The notes under the pieces were generated by a model. That model saw nothing but the letters and a program-made list of their open reading frames with translations, was not told where the DNA came from and did not search any database. Shown here in pieces: positions 1 through 8,830 of a DNA stretch of 64,000 nucleotides; position 1 is the first letter of the stretch, and each line of letters begins with the position of its first letter. The translations under genes were made by a program, and so were the position numbers. The DNA lies in assembly GCA_965222155.1 (NCBI GenBank), contig CBDCTH010000012.1:1760001-1824000 (forward strand). The letters are read 5' to 3'. The stretch comes from Gammaproteobacteria bacterium. GTDB lineage: Bacteria; Pseudomonadota; Gammaproteobacteria; Eutrophobiales; Eutrophobiaceae.

Positions 1-849
1 GGCAAACTTGAAGCGCCCGCTGATACCGAAACTGCGATTAAAGTTCTTAACCGCCTTCTGGAACATGCAAAAACACTACCTGTGCCGGACCTCAGGTCTG
101 TCCCGAAATGGGTTCGTGCTTTCTTTCACCCTCAGACACTCAAAGAGGTATTCCGTCTCAGTGAATTTCTCAGCAACGAACGGCATCATTTCCTGCTGGC
201 GTCCCTGCTTGGTATTCTGCACCATCAAAGACCTGGATTTCTGTCGTTTCCCAGCAGTCACCTCGTTCCATATCTTCGGTCAAAAAAATACCCCAGGGAT
301 AGCTATCCTGAACTTTATCAATACCGCTCCGTTGCCGAGCGCCTGCAAGCTAAGGTAAAGCGCGCACTGAAACGCCCACCAACACGGTCATTAAATAAAT
401 TTGTCGATGACATCAGCAGGTCCTCTGTGGAATCCGTTAACCTCCCTGACGATATCGATTGTGTTATCACAAGCCCCCCTTATATGAACGCGCTGGATTA
501 CAGCCGTGATAATCGTTTGCGTCTCTGGTTTCTCGGTGAAACCCACCTGGAAGCACCAGATCGCGCGTTAGCGAGTCTTCATGCTTTCAGGAAATTAATC
601 AGTTCACTGTTGAAACAATTGCAACAAAAGATGCGCTTGGGCGGTCATTGCGTCTTTGTCATAGGCGAACAGACCTTTCGGGGTGGAGGACGATTTCCAT
701 CCGAAGAGTTAACAAGGATTTTTTTATCACCCCCTTCAACATTTCAGCTATGCGATGTTGTCAGCGACATCATCCCTGACGTTCGCCGTTCGCGGAAATA
801 TTTTGTCGGGGTAAAACGGGAGAATATTCTTGTATTCAGGAAGTTTTGA
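1..849 (+). CDS. DNA amino-methyltransferase (m4C/m6A type), 5' end outside window
   Basis: Frame 1 is open from base 1 (GKLEAPADT...). Catalytic motif IV DCVITSPPY followed by GGHCVFVIGE. Motif I is not visible and presumably lies upstream of the window. Confidence 0.85.
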   Translation, partial: GKLEAPADTETAIKVLNRLLEHAKTLPVPDLRSVPKWVRAFFHPQTLKEVFRLSEFLSNERHHFLLASLLGILHHQRPGFLSFPSSHLVPYLRSKKYPRDSYPELYQYRSVAERLQAKVKRALKRPPTRSLNKFVDDISRSSVESVNLPDDIDCVITSPPYMNALDYSRDNRLRLWFLGETHLEAPDRALASLHAFRKLISSLLKQLQQKMRLGGHCVFVIGEQTFRGGGRFPSEELTRIFLSPPSTFQLCDVVSDIIPDVRRSRKYFVGVKRENILVFRKF

Positions 850-851
850 AT

Positions 852-3342
852 ATGCGTAGAAATCTTCCTCCAAAAGAATTATTTCTTGGAAAAACGATTG
901 GAAGATTTCCAAACCATGTAATTCAAGAGCATGTCAATTCAGGCAATAATGGTCATTTGTTTCTGGCCTTCGATCAATCAACAGAAAGCAAACTCGCGTT
1001 TAAAGTTGTTCCATCTGACAATCTGCCGGATGATGAAGATGAACAACAAATCTATTTAATTGAGGCAAAAAAGGCCAATATTTTACAGCACCCCTCCGTT
1101 GTCCAATACATTGATGTTTTTCCATATCATGTTCCCGATACACTGGTGAAGTGTGTGATTTTTGTATGTAATTTCGTGGATGGCATAAACCTTAGAGACT
1201 ATATAAAGAAAAACCGCTCGGAGATTACAATTGTATTTCTTGCGAACAATGTTTGAGCTATTGTATGAGCTTAAACAACGCAAAATGACCCATGGTGACC
1301 TGCATGCAGGTAACGTTCTTATCTCGAAATCTGAATATGACATCTACGATAGAATTACCTTCCGTGTAACAGACTTTGGTGTAGGTGAATTAACAGGGCT
1401 TTTAGCTCACACAAATGATTATTTATATACTTCTGATACGCTCAGGCAACTGCTGGAATGTATAGAATATCAAAATTGTGAAAGTCGGGATCGATATGCC
1501 TACGAAATTCTTCGTCATGATTTTTTGGAACGGCATCTGACTGAGACAGATCCTCTGGCTGACACATTAGCAATGCAGCCGCAGAAAATGCTGGAAAAAC
1601 TGGACTCTATAGATGGAAAGTATCTGGAGAAGACAACAGGTGAAATCGTTACAACACTAGTCACACCCTTCGACTACCCTAACTGCGAGCAAATAGGAAA
1701 TTCCCATCTTTTACTCAAGAACCTCTATTCCGACCGTTTACTTGGATTATTGGAAATTAGGGCGCGATCAAATTTAATGTTAACCGGACCTCGAGGATGT
1801 GGAAAAACTACTGTTTTCCGTGCACTGAGCCTCGAATATTTGATCTCGACTGAAGATGATCAGCCAAACCGTATCAACTATATCGGCATCTATTATAGAT
1901 GCGACGATCTCTATTTCTCTTTTCCAAGATATAAGACTCCTGGACGATTTGAAGCACTGGACGTCCCCATGCATTTCTTGATCGTGACGTTGCTGGCAAC
2001 TGTACTGGAACAGATTGGCACCTGGGCAAAAAAGCATTTTCCGGATGAATTCAAAAAGAAAGAAGAAGCACTTGTTCTGGAACTTTGGAATTTATTTGAA
2101 TGGCCGTCTCTGAATAATCCAAATGCCAGGCAACTGGCTACGCTAATAAATAAATTAAAAACCAAGGAAAGAAAACGCGCTGCAAAAAAGCAAAATTTTG
2201 TTCATGTACAGACTGAACCTGTCAAAGGCTATTTTGGCCCTGGGGTTATGTTTGATGCTTGTCGTCTTATACGCGACAAGTTTTCTTTCCTTAACGACCG
2301 TCCTTTCTATTTCTTTATTGATGATTATTCTCACCCGAAAATTACTAAGGAGTTACAAGCAAACCTGAACCGATTGCTCATGCACCGCAGCTCGGATGTT
2401 TTTTTCAAACTCTCAACAGAGAGCCCTGTCTCTTTTGTACGCGAGGATGTGGACGGTAAACAGTTTGTAGAATCTCGTGAGCTTGATTTAGTAAATCTCG
2501 GACTGAGATACATCAAAGATGACAAAAATCAAGCGATTGAATTTCTTGATGACCTATTCAGCCGTCGCTTCCAAAGGGTTGATGGATATCCTGTACAAAC
2601 TCTTGAACAACTACTGGGATCAATACCACGCAATGAAAACGCCACGGCCCGTGCTTTTCGAGAGAAACAAGGGCGTCAAAACTATGCTGGCAGAGAAACT
2701 ATAGCCGCAATGTGCAGCGGCGATATTCACTATATTATTCGTCTTGTCGCGAGGATGGTGGATGATTATGGGGGGCCAGACGCTCTGGCAAACTCCCAAA
2801 CACCTTGCATACCTCCTCAACAACAACATGATTCTATCCGCGCTGCTGCAGGTTCGTTTATGGAGTCTGTACGCACTTTACCTCGTTGGGGGAAACAACT
2901 TGCAGAGGCAACGGCAACATTCGGTAGTGTTGCGCATTCTTATCTCATGTACGAAACATCAACCAACGAAGCTAATGAGCCTCCTCACCAAGCTTCCCGG
3001 ATTGAACCATACGAGACATTAAATTTATCCGAGGAAGCACAAGAAATACTTGATGAACTATTACGCTACTCAATTCTCATTGAAGATCCCCGGGGGAAAA
3101 GTCGGAGAGGAAAGGTTGTGCCAAGATTTTTTCTCAGGCGTTATTTAATCCCCCACTTCCACCTGACATTCAGCCGTAGAGACTCCCTCGAATTGGAAAA
3201 TGACCAGATCGAAACCTTATTGTGTAAGCCGCAGACATTCGAGGAACAGATGAGATTAAAATCTTTAGAAGATGCAGCGCGCCGGCGCCGAAGAGATCCA
3301 GATCAACTGCAACTCCTCGAAGAGGAGGGTCCGCGTGTTTGA
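852..3342 (+). pseudogene. Ser/Thr-type protein kinase fused to ORC/CDC6-like AAA+ ATPase, frameshifted near 1235
   Basis: ORF 846-1256 has the kinase N-lobe (SGNNG loop, LAFK, EAKK, LQHPSVV). The +1 frame ORF 1231-3342 continues with HGDLHAGN and TDFG, then Walker A GPRGCGKT, Walker B FFIDDY, FFKLSTE and SGDIH. The frameshift could be a real lesion, an assembly error or recoding. Confidence 0.75.
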
Positions 3343-4429
3343 TAAAAATATCCTAAGGACAGATGAACGATTAAGCAAGGTAGCCTGGCCTGCTTTGCAA
3401 ACAATCGATGTTCCCATAGTAGGATCTGGTGACTGTTTGTTGATATGTGCGGGATTTGAAGATCGATCTATCGAAACACTACGCCGAATACTGGATGCTA
3501 GAAAATCCGGCTTCGTTCTTGGATTAGTAAGTTATTTACCCAAGCAACCCGAGAATAGGCAAGAAGAATTACACACAATCATCCAGAATGCTGATCTTCA
3601 AGTAAGAAGATTTGTTTATGACCGTGAAAATCCAGCAGGTATAGGGAAGGAGCTAAAAAGCTTTACAGAGGGATTCGACCGCGTTTTTATTGATATTTCC
3701 GGCATGTCACGCCTGCTTATCGTTCAGTTACTGGTTGCCCTGTTGACTCGTGACAATGATTCAGTAACGCTAATCTATGGCGAGGCCGATGTATATCCAC
3801 CATCTGAAGATAAATTCGAACAAGATTACAGAGAGAATAATTCCAATCCGATCCCAGGTTACCTGTCGTCTGGAATTTTTGAAATAGCAACAACTCCTGA
3901 ATTGAGTTCTGTATCTATGTTAGGTGAAGCCCTCAGGCTGATAGCATTTCCGTCCTTTGATCCTGCACAGCTCACGAATTTGCTCCATGAATTACAACCT
4001 GCTTACACAGAATTTATTCATGGCGCACCACCAGCCCGAAAGAACAAGTGGAGAACGGAGGCAATCCGCAAACTTAACCGATCTACACTGGATGAACTTC
4101 GGGGGAAAAGGGACCATGAGACCTCCACGCTTGACTATAGGGAGACACTACATAAGTTGCTTAAGATATATGCAGAACGCAGTATGTTTGATCGCCTTGT
4201 AGTTGCTCCGACCGGTAGTAAGATGCAAGCAGTAGCTGTGGGTTTATTCCGCGCGGCGTTGTATGACGTTCAAATCGTTTATCCAACTCCACAGGTTTTT
4301 ACGACACCGAAAGAACATACTTTAGGGCTGCGTCAACTGTATCAACTAGATATACCTGCCGAAGCTTTTATTAATGTCATCGGGAACTCCAGGGACGATT
4401 TCAGCGATACGCTCGAAACACATCCATGA
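3335..4429 (+). CDS. Hypothetical protein with two tandem CARF-like Rossmann repeats
   Basis: GTG at 3335 with RBS GAGGAGG (3322-3328), overlapping the upstream stop. Repeat 1: CAGFEDRS...VFIDISGMSR...LIY. Repeat 2: FPSFD...VVAPTGSKMQ...IVYP. Confidence 0.6.
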   Translation: MFDKNILRTDERLSKVAWPALQTIDVPIVGSGDCLLICAGFEDRSIETLRRILDARKSGFVLGLVSYLPKQPENRQEELHTIIQNADLQVRRFVYDRENPAGIGKELKSFTEGFDRVFIDISGMSRLLIVQLLVALLTRDNDSVTLIYGEADVYPPSEDKFEQDYRENNSNPIPGYLSSGIFEIATTPELSSVSMLGEALRLIAFPSFDPAQLTNLLHELQPAYTEFIHGAPPARKNKWRTEAIRKLNRSTLDELRGKRDHETSTLDYRETLHKLLKIYAERSMFDRLVVAPTGSKMQAVAVGLFRAALYDVQIVYPTPQVFTTPKEHTLGLRQLYQLDIPAEAFINVIGNSRDDFSDTLETHP

Positions 4430-4580
4430 TTCCAAAGGAGTGTAAACGTCTGGCGGAGGTGGATTTTCCAATCATTTTGGTATCCAGATACACAGGCCAT
4501 TAGAAATCTATCCGGCATGGGCATCCTTCTACGCTTTAACACCCTTCAAAAACTCGTATGAACCTATGAAAAAATTGAAG

Positions 4581-5871
4581 GGAACCTCTAATAATTGACG
4601 ATTTCCGTTACTATCGCTATCTATGCGGGCAAGCCGGGTTCTTTTACATATAAATGTATTCGGCCAGTGGCGAAATGACCCCGTGCTCGCCTTCATCGAC
4701 CCCTTAATCGGGCCGTTTTATTGCCTTCGGGTGTCGGTTTGACACCAGCCGGGCGTTGTCTCCGTCAAGCAGGCGCGCTGACCCCTTCCAGGTAACACAG
4801 TCGTCGCATGTTATACCCCAGGTTCAGCATCCCTATGGCCAACTCACTGCGCGCCAGCCCGATACAGCGTATCAGCTTGGCCCGGGTCGCACACTGCGCC
4901 CCGAACACGTGCTCCACCCGCACCCGCACCTTGGCCCGCGTGCGGTTGCCCTGCTGCGCCCACGCCGTCAACGGCTTGTTGCGGCGCCCCTTGCGCTGAA
5001 TGTGGCTGCGGTAGCGCTGGGCCTGCAAGCGTTCCTCCTGCTCCCTGGAACGGTAGGCGCGGTCCGCCCATATCGCCTTGCTGCTGTTGTGCTCATCCAA
5101 CAACTCATCGAACAACTGCGAGTCATGCACGTTGGCCGGCGTCACCGCATACTTGCGTACCAGCTTGTGTTTGTTATCGACATTCACGTGGTTCTTGTAC
5201 CCGTAATGACTCCTGCCCCGCTGCTTCGTCCAACGAGCCTCCACGTCCTTCTGCCGCCGCTTGGATTTGGCTGCCTCATCGTCCCAGCCCGCAGGCGCCT
5301 CCCCCGCCTTAAGCGCCGCATTCTCCTCGCGCGTGTTGCGCTGCACCGGCACCAAGGAAGCATCCACCCACTGCCCCGTGCGCGCCCGATACCCCAAGTC
5401 TGCTAACTGCTCGGCAAACCGTGCAAACAGTTCCTCCGTCAATTTCAGCTCCACCAACTTCTCACGAAACGCCCAAAAGGTCTTCGCAGCCGGTGCCCGA
5501 CGCACATTATCCAACCCCATAAACCGCTGAAAACTGCGCCGGTACTCAAGCTGATATTCCAACTGCTCATCACTCAACCCGTACAAATGCTGTAACACCA
5601 ACCCCTTGAACAGCAGCACCTCATCCCGACGCGGGGCGCCCGCATTGCGCTTGCGGGTCGTGGGTCGAATACGCACCAATAGCGGACGAAACGCCTCCCA
5701 GTCCACTACCTCACCCAACCGCACCAGGGGATCCTTCAGTTTATTCAAGCGGGTGTCTTGCAAGTCAAACAACGAACCGAATATGTCTTGTGTCTTCATG
5801 AAACCACCTTGAGGAAAAAGTTGAAATAAGTCACCGCTATTATATCATTCGATTGAATAAATAGAGGTTCC
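4581..5871 (-). mobile_element. IS5-family insertion sequence, complete
   Basis: Terminal inverted repeats GGAACCTCTA (4581-4590) and TAGAGGTTCC (5862-5871). Flanking direct repeat TTGAAG at 4575-4580 and 5872-5877. Contains a transposase ORF. Confidence 0.92.
4765..5799 (-). CDS. IS5-family DDE transposase
   Basis: Motifs LYGLSDEQLE, VDASLV, HYGYKNH, TPANVHD, WADRAY and RVRVEHVFG. Confidence 0.93.
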   Translation of the reverse strand: MKTQDIFGSLFDLQDTRLNKLKDPLVRLGEVVDWEAFRPLLVRIRPTTRKRNAGAPRRDEVLLFKGLVLQHLYGLSDEQLEYQLEYRRSFQRFMGLDNVRRAPAAKTFWAFREKLVELKLTEELFARFAEQLADLGYRARTGQWVDASLVPVQRNTREENAALKAGEAPAGWDDEAAKSKRRQKDVEARWTKQRGRSHYGYKNHVNVDNKHKLVRKYAVTPANVHDSQLFDELLDEHNSSKAIWADRAYRSREQEERLQAQRYRSHIQRKGRRNKPLTAWAQQGNRTRAKVRVRVEHVFGAQCATRAKLIRCIGLARSELAIGMLNLGYNMRRLCYLEGVSAPA

Positions 5872-5914
5872 TTGAAGTTGGTAACATACATTCTGTAGTT
5901 ACTATGATAACGCT

Positions 5915-7438
5915 ATGAAAAGACGGGAATTCATAATCGGGACAACCCTGGGCCTGGCATCAGCCCAGGTTCCTTCGCCACTAGTTGCAGGGGTCAAGTT
6001 CTCCAGGAATCCGTTTACGCTGGGTGTTGCCTCCGGTGACGTCACAGAAGACTCGGTGGTGCTGTGGACACGGCTTGCGCCGGAACCGCTGGCGGTGGAC
6101 AGCGGGATAAAAGATGTCGCCATACCTGTGCATTGGGAATTATTTCAGGATGAAGCCATGCAAACGCCCATCAGGCAAGGTGAGGAATTAGCCATTCCGC
6201 AGCTTGCCCATTCTGTACATGTTGATGTACAAAACCTTGAACCCGGACAAGAGTACTGGTACCGGTTTTCAGTGGGCAAACACACCACGGAACCGGGACG
6301 TACAAAGACCCTGCCTGCTGCCGGCAGTCAACCCGCTTCCGTTCGTTTCGTCACTGTATCCTGCCAGAACTACACACACGGTTATTTCGTGGCATACGAC
6401 CATATCATTGCAGACAACCCGGACTTCGTAATTCACCTGGGTGACTATATCTATGAAACATCCTATGGCGAGACCTTCAGAAGGCACGAAACTGAAGACA
6501 TGCCGTTTACACTTGACGGTTACCGGCGACGGCATGCGTTGTATAAAACCGATGAATCCCTTAAATGGGCTCACGCCAGGCTACCTTTTTTTGCCACGCT
6601 GGATAACCACGATGCCGTGATTGATATTGATCCTGCCGGACTGGCGCGCAGAGCCGCCGCGTACCAGGCCTGGTATGAACACATGCCGACCCGCGGCTAC
6701 GGCAAGCCCGGCGACAACCGGTTTCAACTCAGCAGGACTATCCGCGCTGGGAGACTGGCACAAATCAACCTGCTGGATACCCGCCAATTCCGCGCCGAAC
6801 AGTCCCTCTGCGCTGGCGGCGATCCCGCTTATGGCTTCGGCAACTACCGGCCGCGCTGTCCTGAAATGTTCGCTGAGCAGCGCAGCATGCTGGGACAGGA
6901 GCAGGAACACCGGTTGGTGCAAAGTATACTGAACAGCACTGCGGCCTGGAACGTGTTAGCCTCATCAAGTGTCTTTTCGCCCTTTCGCCTGGAGATCGGT
7001 AAACAGATATTCCGCTATGTAGGTTCCTGGGACGCTTACCCTGCCAACAGGGACAGGGTCGTCAACGCAATCAACCGGAGCAAGACCGGCCAGGCCGTTA
7101 TCTTGAGCGGCGACATGCACTCCTTCTGGGCCATTGACGGCGCGCAGTCCATGGAAGCTGCCGAACGAATTCCGGTTGTAGAGTTTGTTACTTCTTCCAT
7201 CACGGCCAACTGGCCCGAAACAATGGCAAAACCCATTACCGATAACCTGGCTCAAAACCCCCAGATAAAACTCTACGAACCGGATAAACGCGGGTACCTG
7301 TTACATGAGATTACCGCGACGGAGTGGCAAACTACGGCCCGCGCTGTGCATAACCCCAGGGATGCACAGTCAAATGCTTTCGACCTGGCACGTTTTGTTG
7401 TCGAGAACGGTAAACCCGGTTTCAGGCAGATACTTTGA
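5915..7438 (+). CDS. phoD: Alkaline phosphatase D family metallophosphatase, Tat-exported
   Basis: Twin-arginine signal MKRREFI. Motifs FTLGVASGD, VLWTR, SCQNY, HLGDYIYE, DNHD, LDTRQFR, WDAY and SGDMH. Confidence 0.92.
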   Translation: MKRREFIIGTTLGLASAQVPSPLVAGVKFSRNPFTLGVASGDVTEDSVVLWTRLAPEPLAVDSGIKDVAIPVHWELFQDEAMQTPIRQGEELAIPQLAHSVHVDVQNLEPGQEYWYRFSVGKHTTEPGRTKTLPAAGSQPASVRFVTVSCQNYTHGYFVAYDHIIADNPDFVIHLGDYIYETSYGETFRRHETEDMPFTLDGYRRRHALYKTDESLKWAHARLPFFATLDNHDAVIDIDPAGLARRAAAYQAWYEHMPTRGYGKPGDNRFQLSRTIRAGRLAQINLLDTRQFRAEQSLCAGGDPAYGFGNYRPRCPEMFAEQRSMLGQEQEHRLVQSILNSTAAWNVLASSSVFSPFRLEIGKQIFRYVGSWDAYPANRDRVVNAINRSKTGQAVILSGDMHSFWAIDGAQSMEAAERIPVVEFVTSSITANWPETMAKPITDNLAQNPQIKLYEPDKRGYLLHEITATEWQTTARAVHNPRDAQSNAFDLARFVVENGKPGFRQIL

Positions 7439-7477
7439 TTCGTAATCCATCAATGTTATTTTCGTGACCACGTTGCC

Positions 7478-7598
7478 CGTCATTCCGGCGCAAGTCGGAA
7501 TCCAGTAAAATGGACCTTCCCTGGATTACAGCATTCCGGGATAAGCTTATAGATAAGGGAGGTTTAATAACTGGATTCCGGCTTGCGCCGGAATGACG
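7478..7598. repeat. Inverted pair of CGTC-type REP palindromes
   Basis: CGTCATTCCGGCGCAAGTCGGAATCCAGT (7478-7506) and its near reverse complement ACTGGATTCCGGCTTGCGCCGGAATGACG (7570-7598). Confidence 0.85.
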
Positions 7599-7613
7599 AC
7601 AGAGAGCGTAATT

Positions 7614-8813
7614 ATGCCTGATTTCACTTATGAAATAGAAGACATCAAACTGGCGCGGCAAGGGTTGGAGCGCATAAACTGGGTACGCGAGCGTATGCCG
7701 GTCTTACGCCAGGTCAAAGAGGACTTCAGCAGGACCAGGCCTTTTGCAGGCTTGCGTATTGGTATCTGTTTGCACGTGGAAGCAAAGACCGGTGTCTGGC
7801 TGGACGCACTGACCAGCGGCGGTGCGGAGATCGTAATCACCGGCTGGCCCGGAACCACCCAGGATGAGGTGGCTGCCGCATTGGTGGCAGAATACAACGT
7901 CCGGGTATTTGCCAAAAGAAGTGAAACCTTCGATCAGCATCTTGATTACGCGGCAAAGGTGTTATCCACCGAACCCAATCTGATTGCCGATAATGGCGCG
8001 GATTTGCATGTGCTGGCGCTTACCAATCCGGACTTTTCCAGCGCAAAAGCGAAGATTATCGGCGCTACCGAGGAGACTACCACCGGCGGTTTCCGTTTAC
8101 GCGAGGACATTGATGAACACATCTTCCCCACCCTCATTATTAATGACACTCGGGCAAAACGCATTATTGAAAACCGCTACGGCGTCGGCCAATCTGTGGT
8201 TGACGGCATCATGCGCTGTTCCAACCTGCTTATCGGCGGCAAGCGGGTAACTGTCATCGGTTATGGTTATTGTGGCCAGGGTATCGCCCGCGCCTTGCGT
8301 GGCCTGGGCGCGCGCGTGACCATAGTCGATATCGATCCCCTGACGCGATTGGAAGCGCATCTGGAGGGTTATCATACGACTGAACTGGAACAAGTCCTAC
8401 CGGTCAGCGATATCGTCATCACCGTCACGGGCAGACCGGGAGCACTCAAACGAGAACATCTGACACTGATGAAGGATGGCGCCGTATTATGCAACGCCGG
8501 TGCTTTTGAAAACGAGATCGACCTGCCCGGCCTGCGCGAACTGTCCTCTGAGCCACGCCAAATCATGCCGGATATCCAGAAATTCAAGCTGGGCAACGGT
8601 AAAATTATTTACCTGTTTGGCAAAGGTAACAGTGTTAACCTGACCGCCGGTGACGGTAATCCCATAGAAGTTATGGATCTGGGTCTGGCTCTGCAATCCC
8701 TGTCCCTGGCATACCTCGCGACTGACAGCCAATCCTTGCCTGCAGGACCACAGACAGTGCCAAAGGAAATCGAAGACGAAGTGGCCGTCAGGACCTTGCG
8801 GGCCTGGTCATAG
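7614..8813 (+). CDS. ahcY: Adenosylhomocysteinase (AhcY)-family protein, divergent active site
   Basis: Motifs CLHVEAKT, TQD, EETTTG, NRYGVGQS, GYGYCGQG and NL..GDG.P.EVMD. Start moved to ATG 7614 because ATG 7593 lies inside the REP. Confidence 0.8.
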   Translation: MPDFTYEIEDIKLARQGLERINWVRERMPVLRQVKEDFSRTRPFAGLRIGICLHVEAKTGVWLDALTSGGAEIVITGWPGTTQDEVAAALVAEYNVRVFAKRSETFDQHLDYAAKVLSTEPNLIADNGADLHVLALTNPDFSSAKAKIIGATEETTTGGFRLREDIDEHIFPTLIINDTRAKRIIENRYGVGQSVVDGIMRCSNLLIGGKRVTVIGYGYCGQGIARALRGLGARVTIVDIDPLTRLEAHLEGYHTTELEQVLPVSDIVITVTGRPGALKREHLTLMKDGAVLCNAGAFENEIDLPGLRELSSEPRQIMPDIQKFKLGNGKIIYLFGKGNSVNLTAGDGNPIEVMDLGLALQSLSLAYLATDSQSLPAGPQTVPKEIEDEVAVRTLRAWS

Positions 8814-8830
8814 GATTTAAGATAAATATT

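Noticed and set aside
1-4429. Calling the first operon BREX/Pgl or a classical restriction-modification system
   Set aside because: No PglZ, BrxC/PglY-type partner or restriction endonuclease is visible in the window, although upstream genes cannot be seen.
4756-5406. 216-aa ORF antisense to the transposase
   Set aside because: Shadow of the GC-rich transposase frame; no recognisable motifs.
7478-7598. Repeats that could suggest a CRISPR array
   Set aside because: They are inverted pairs dispersed between genes, not direct repeats with regular spacers; no cas genes.
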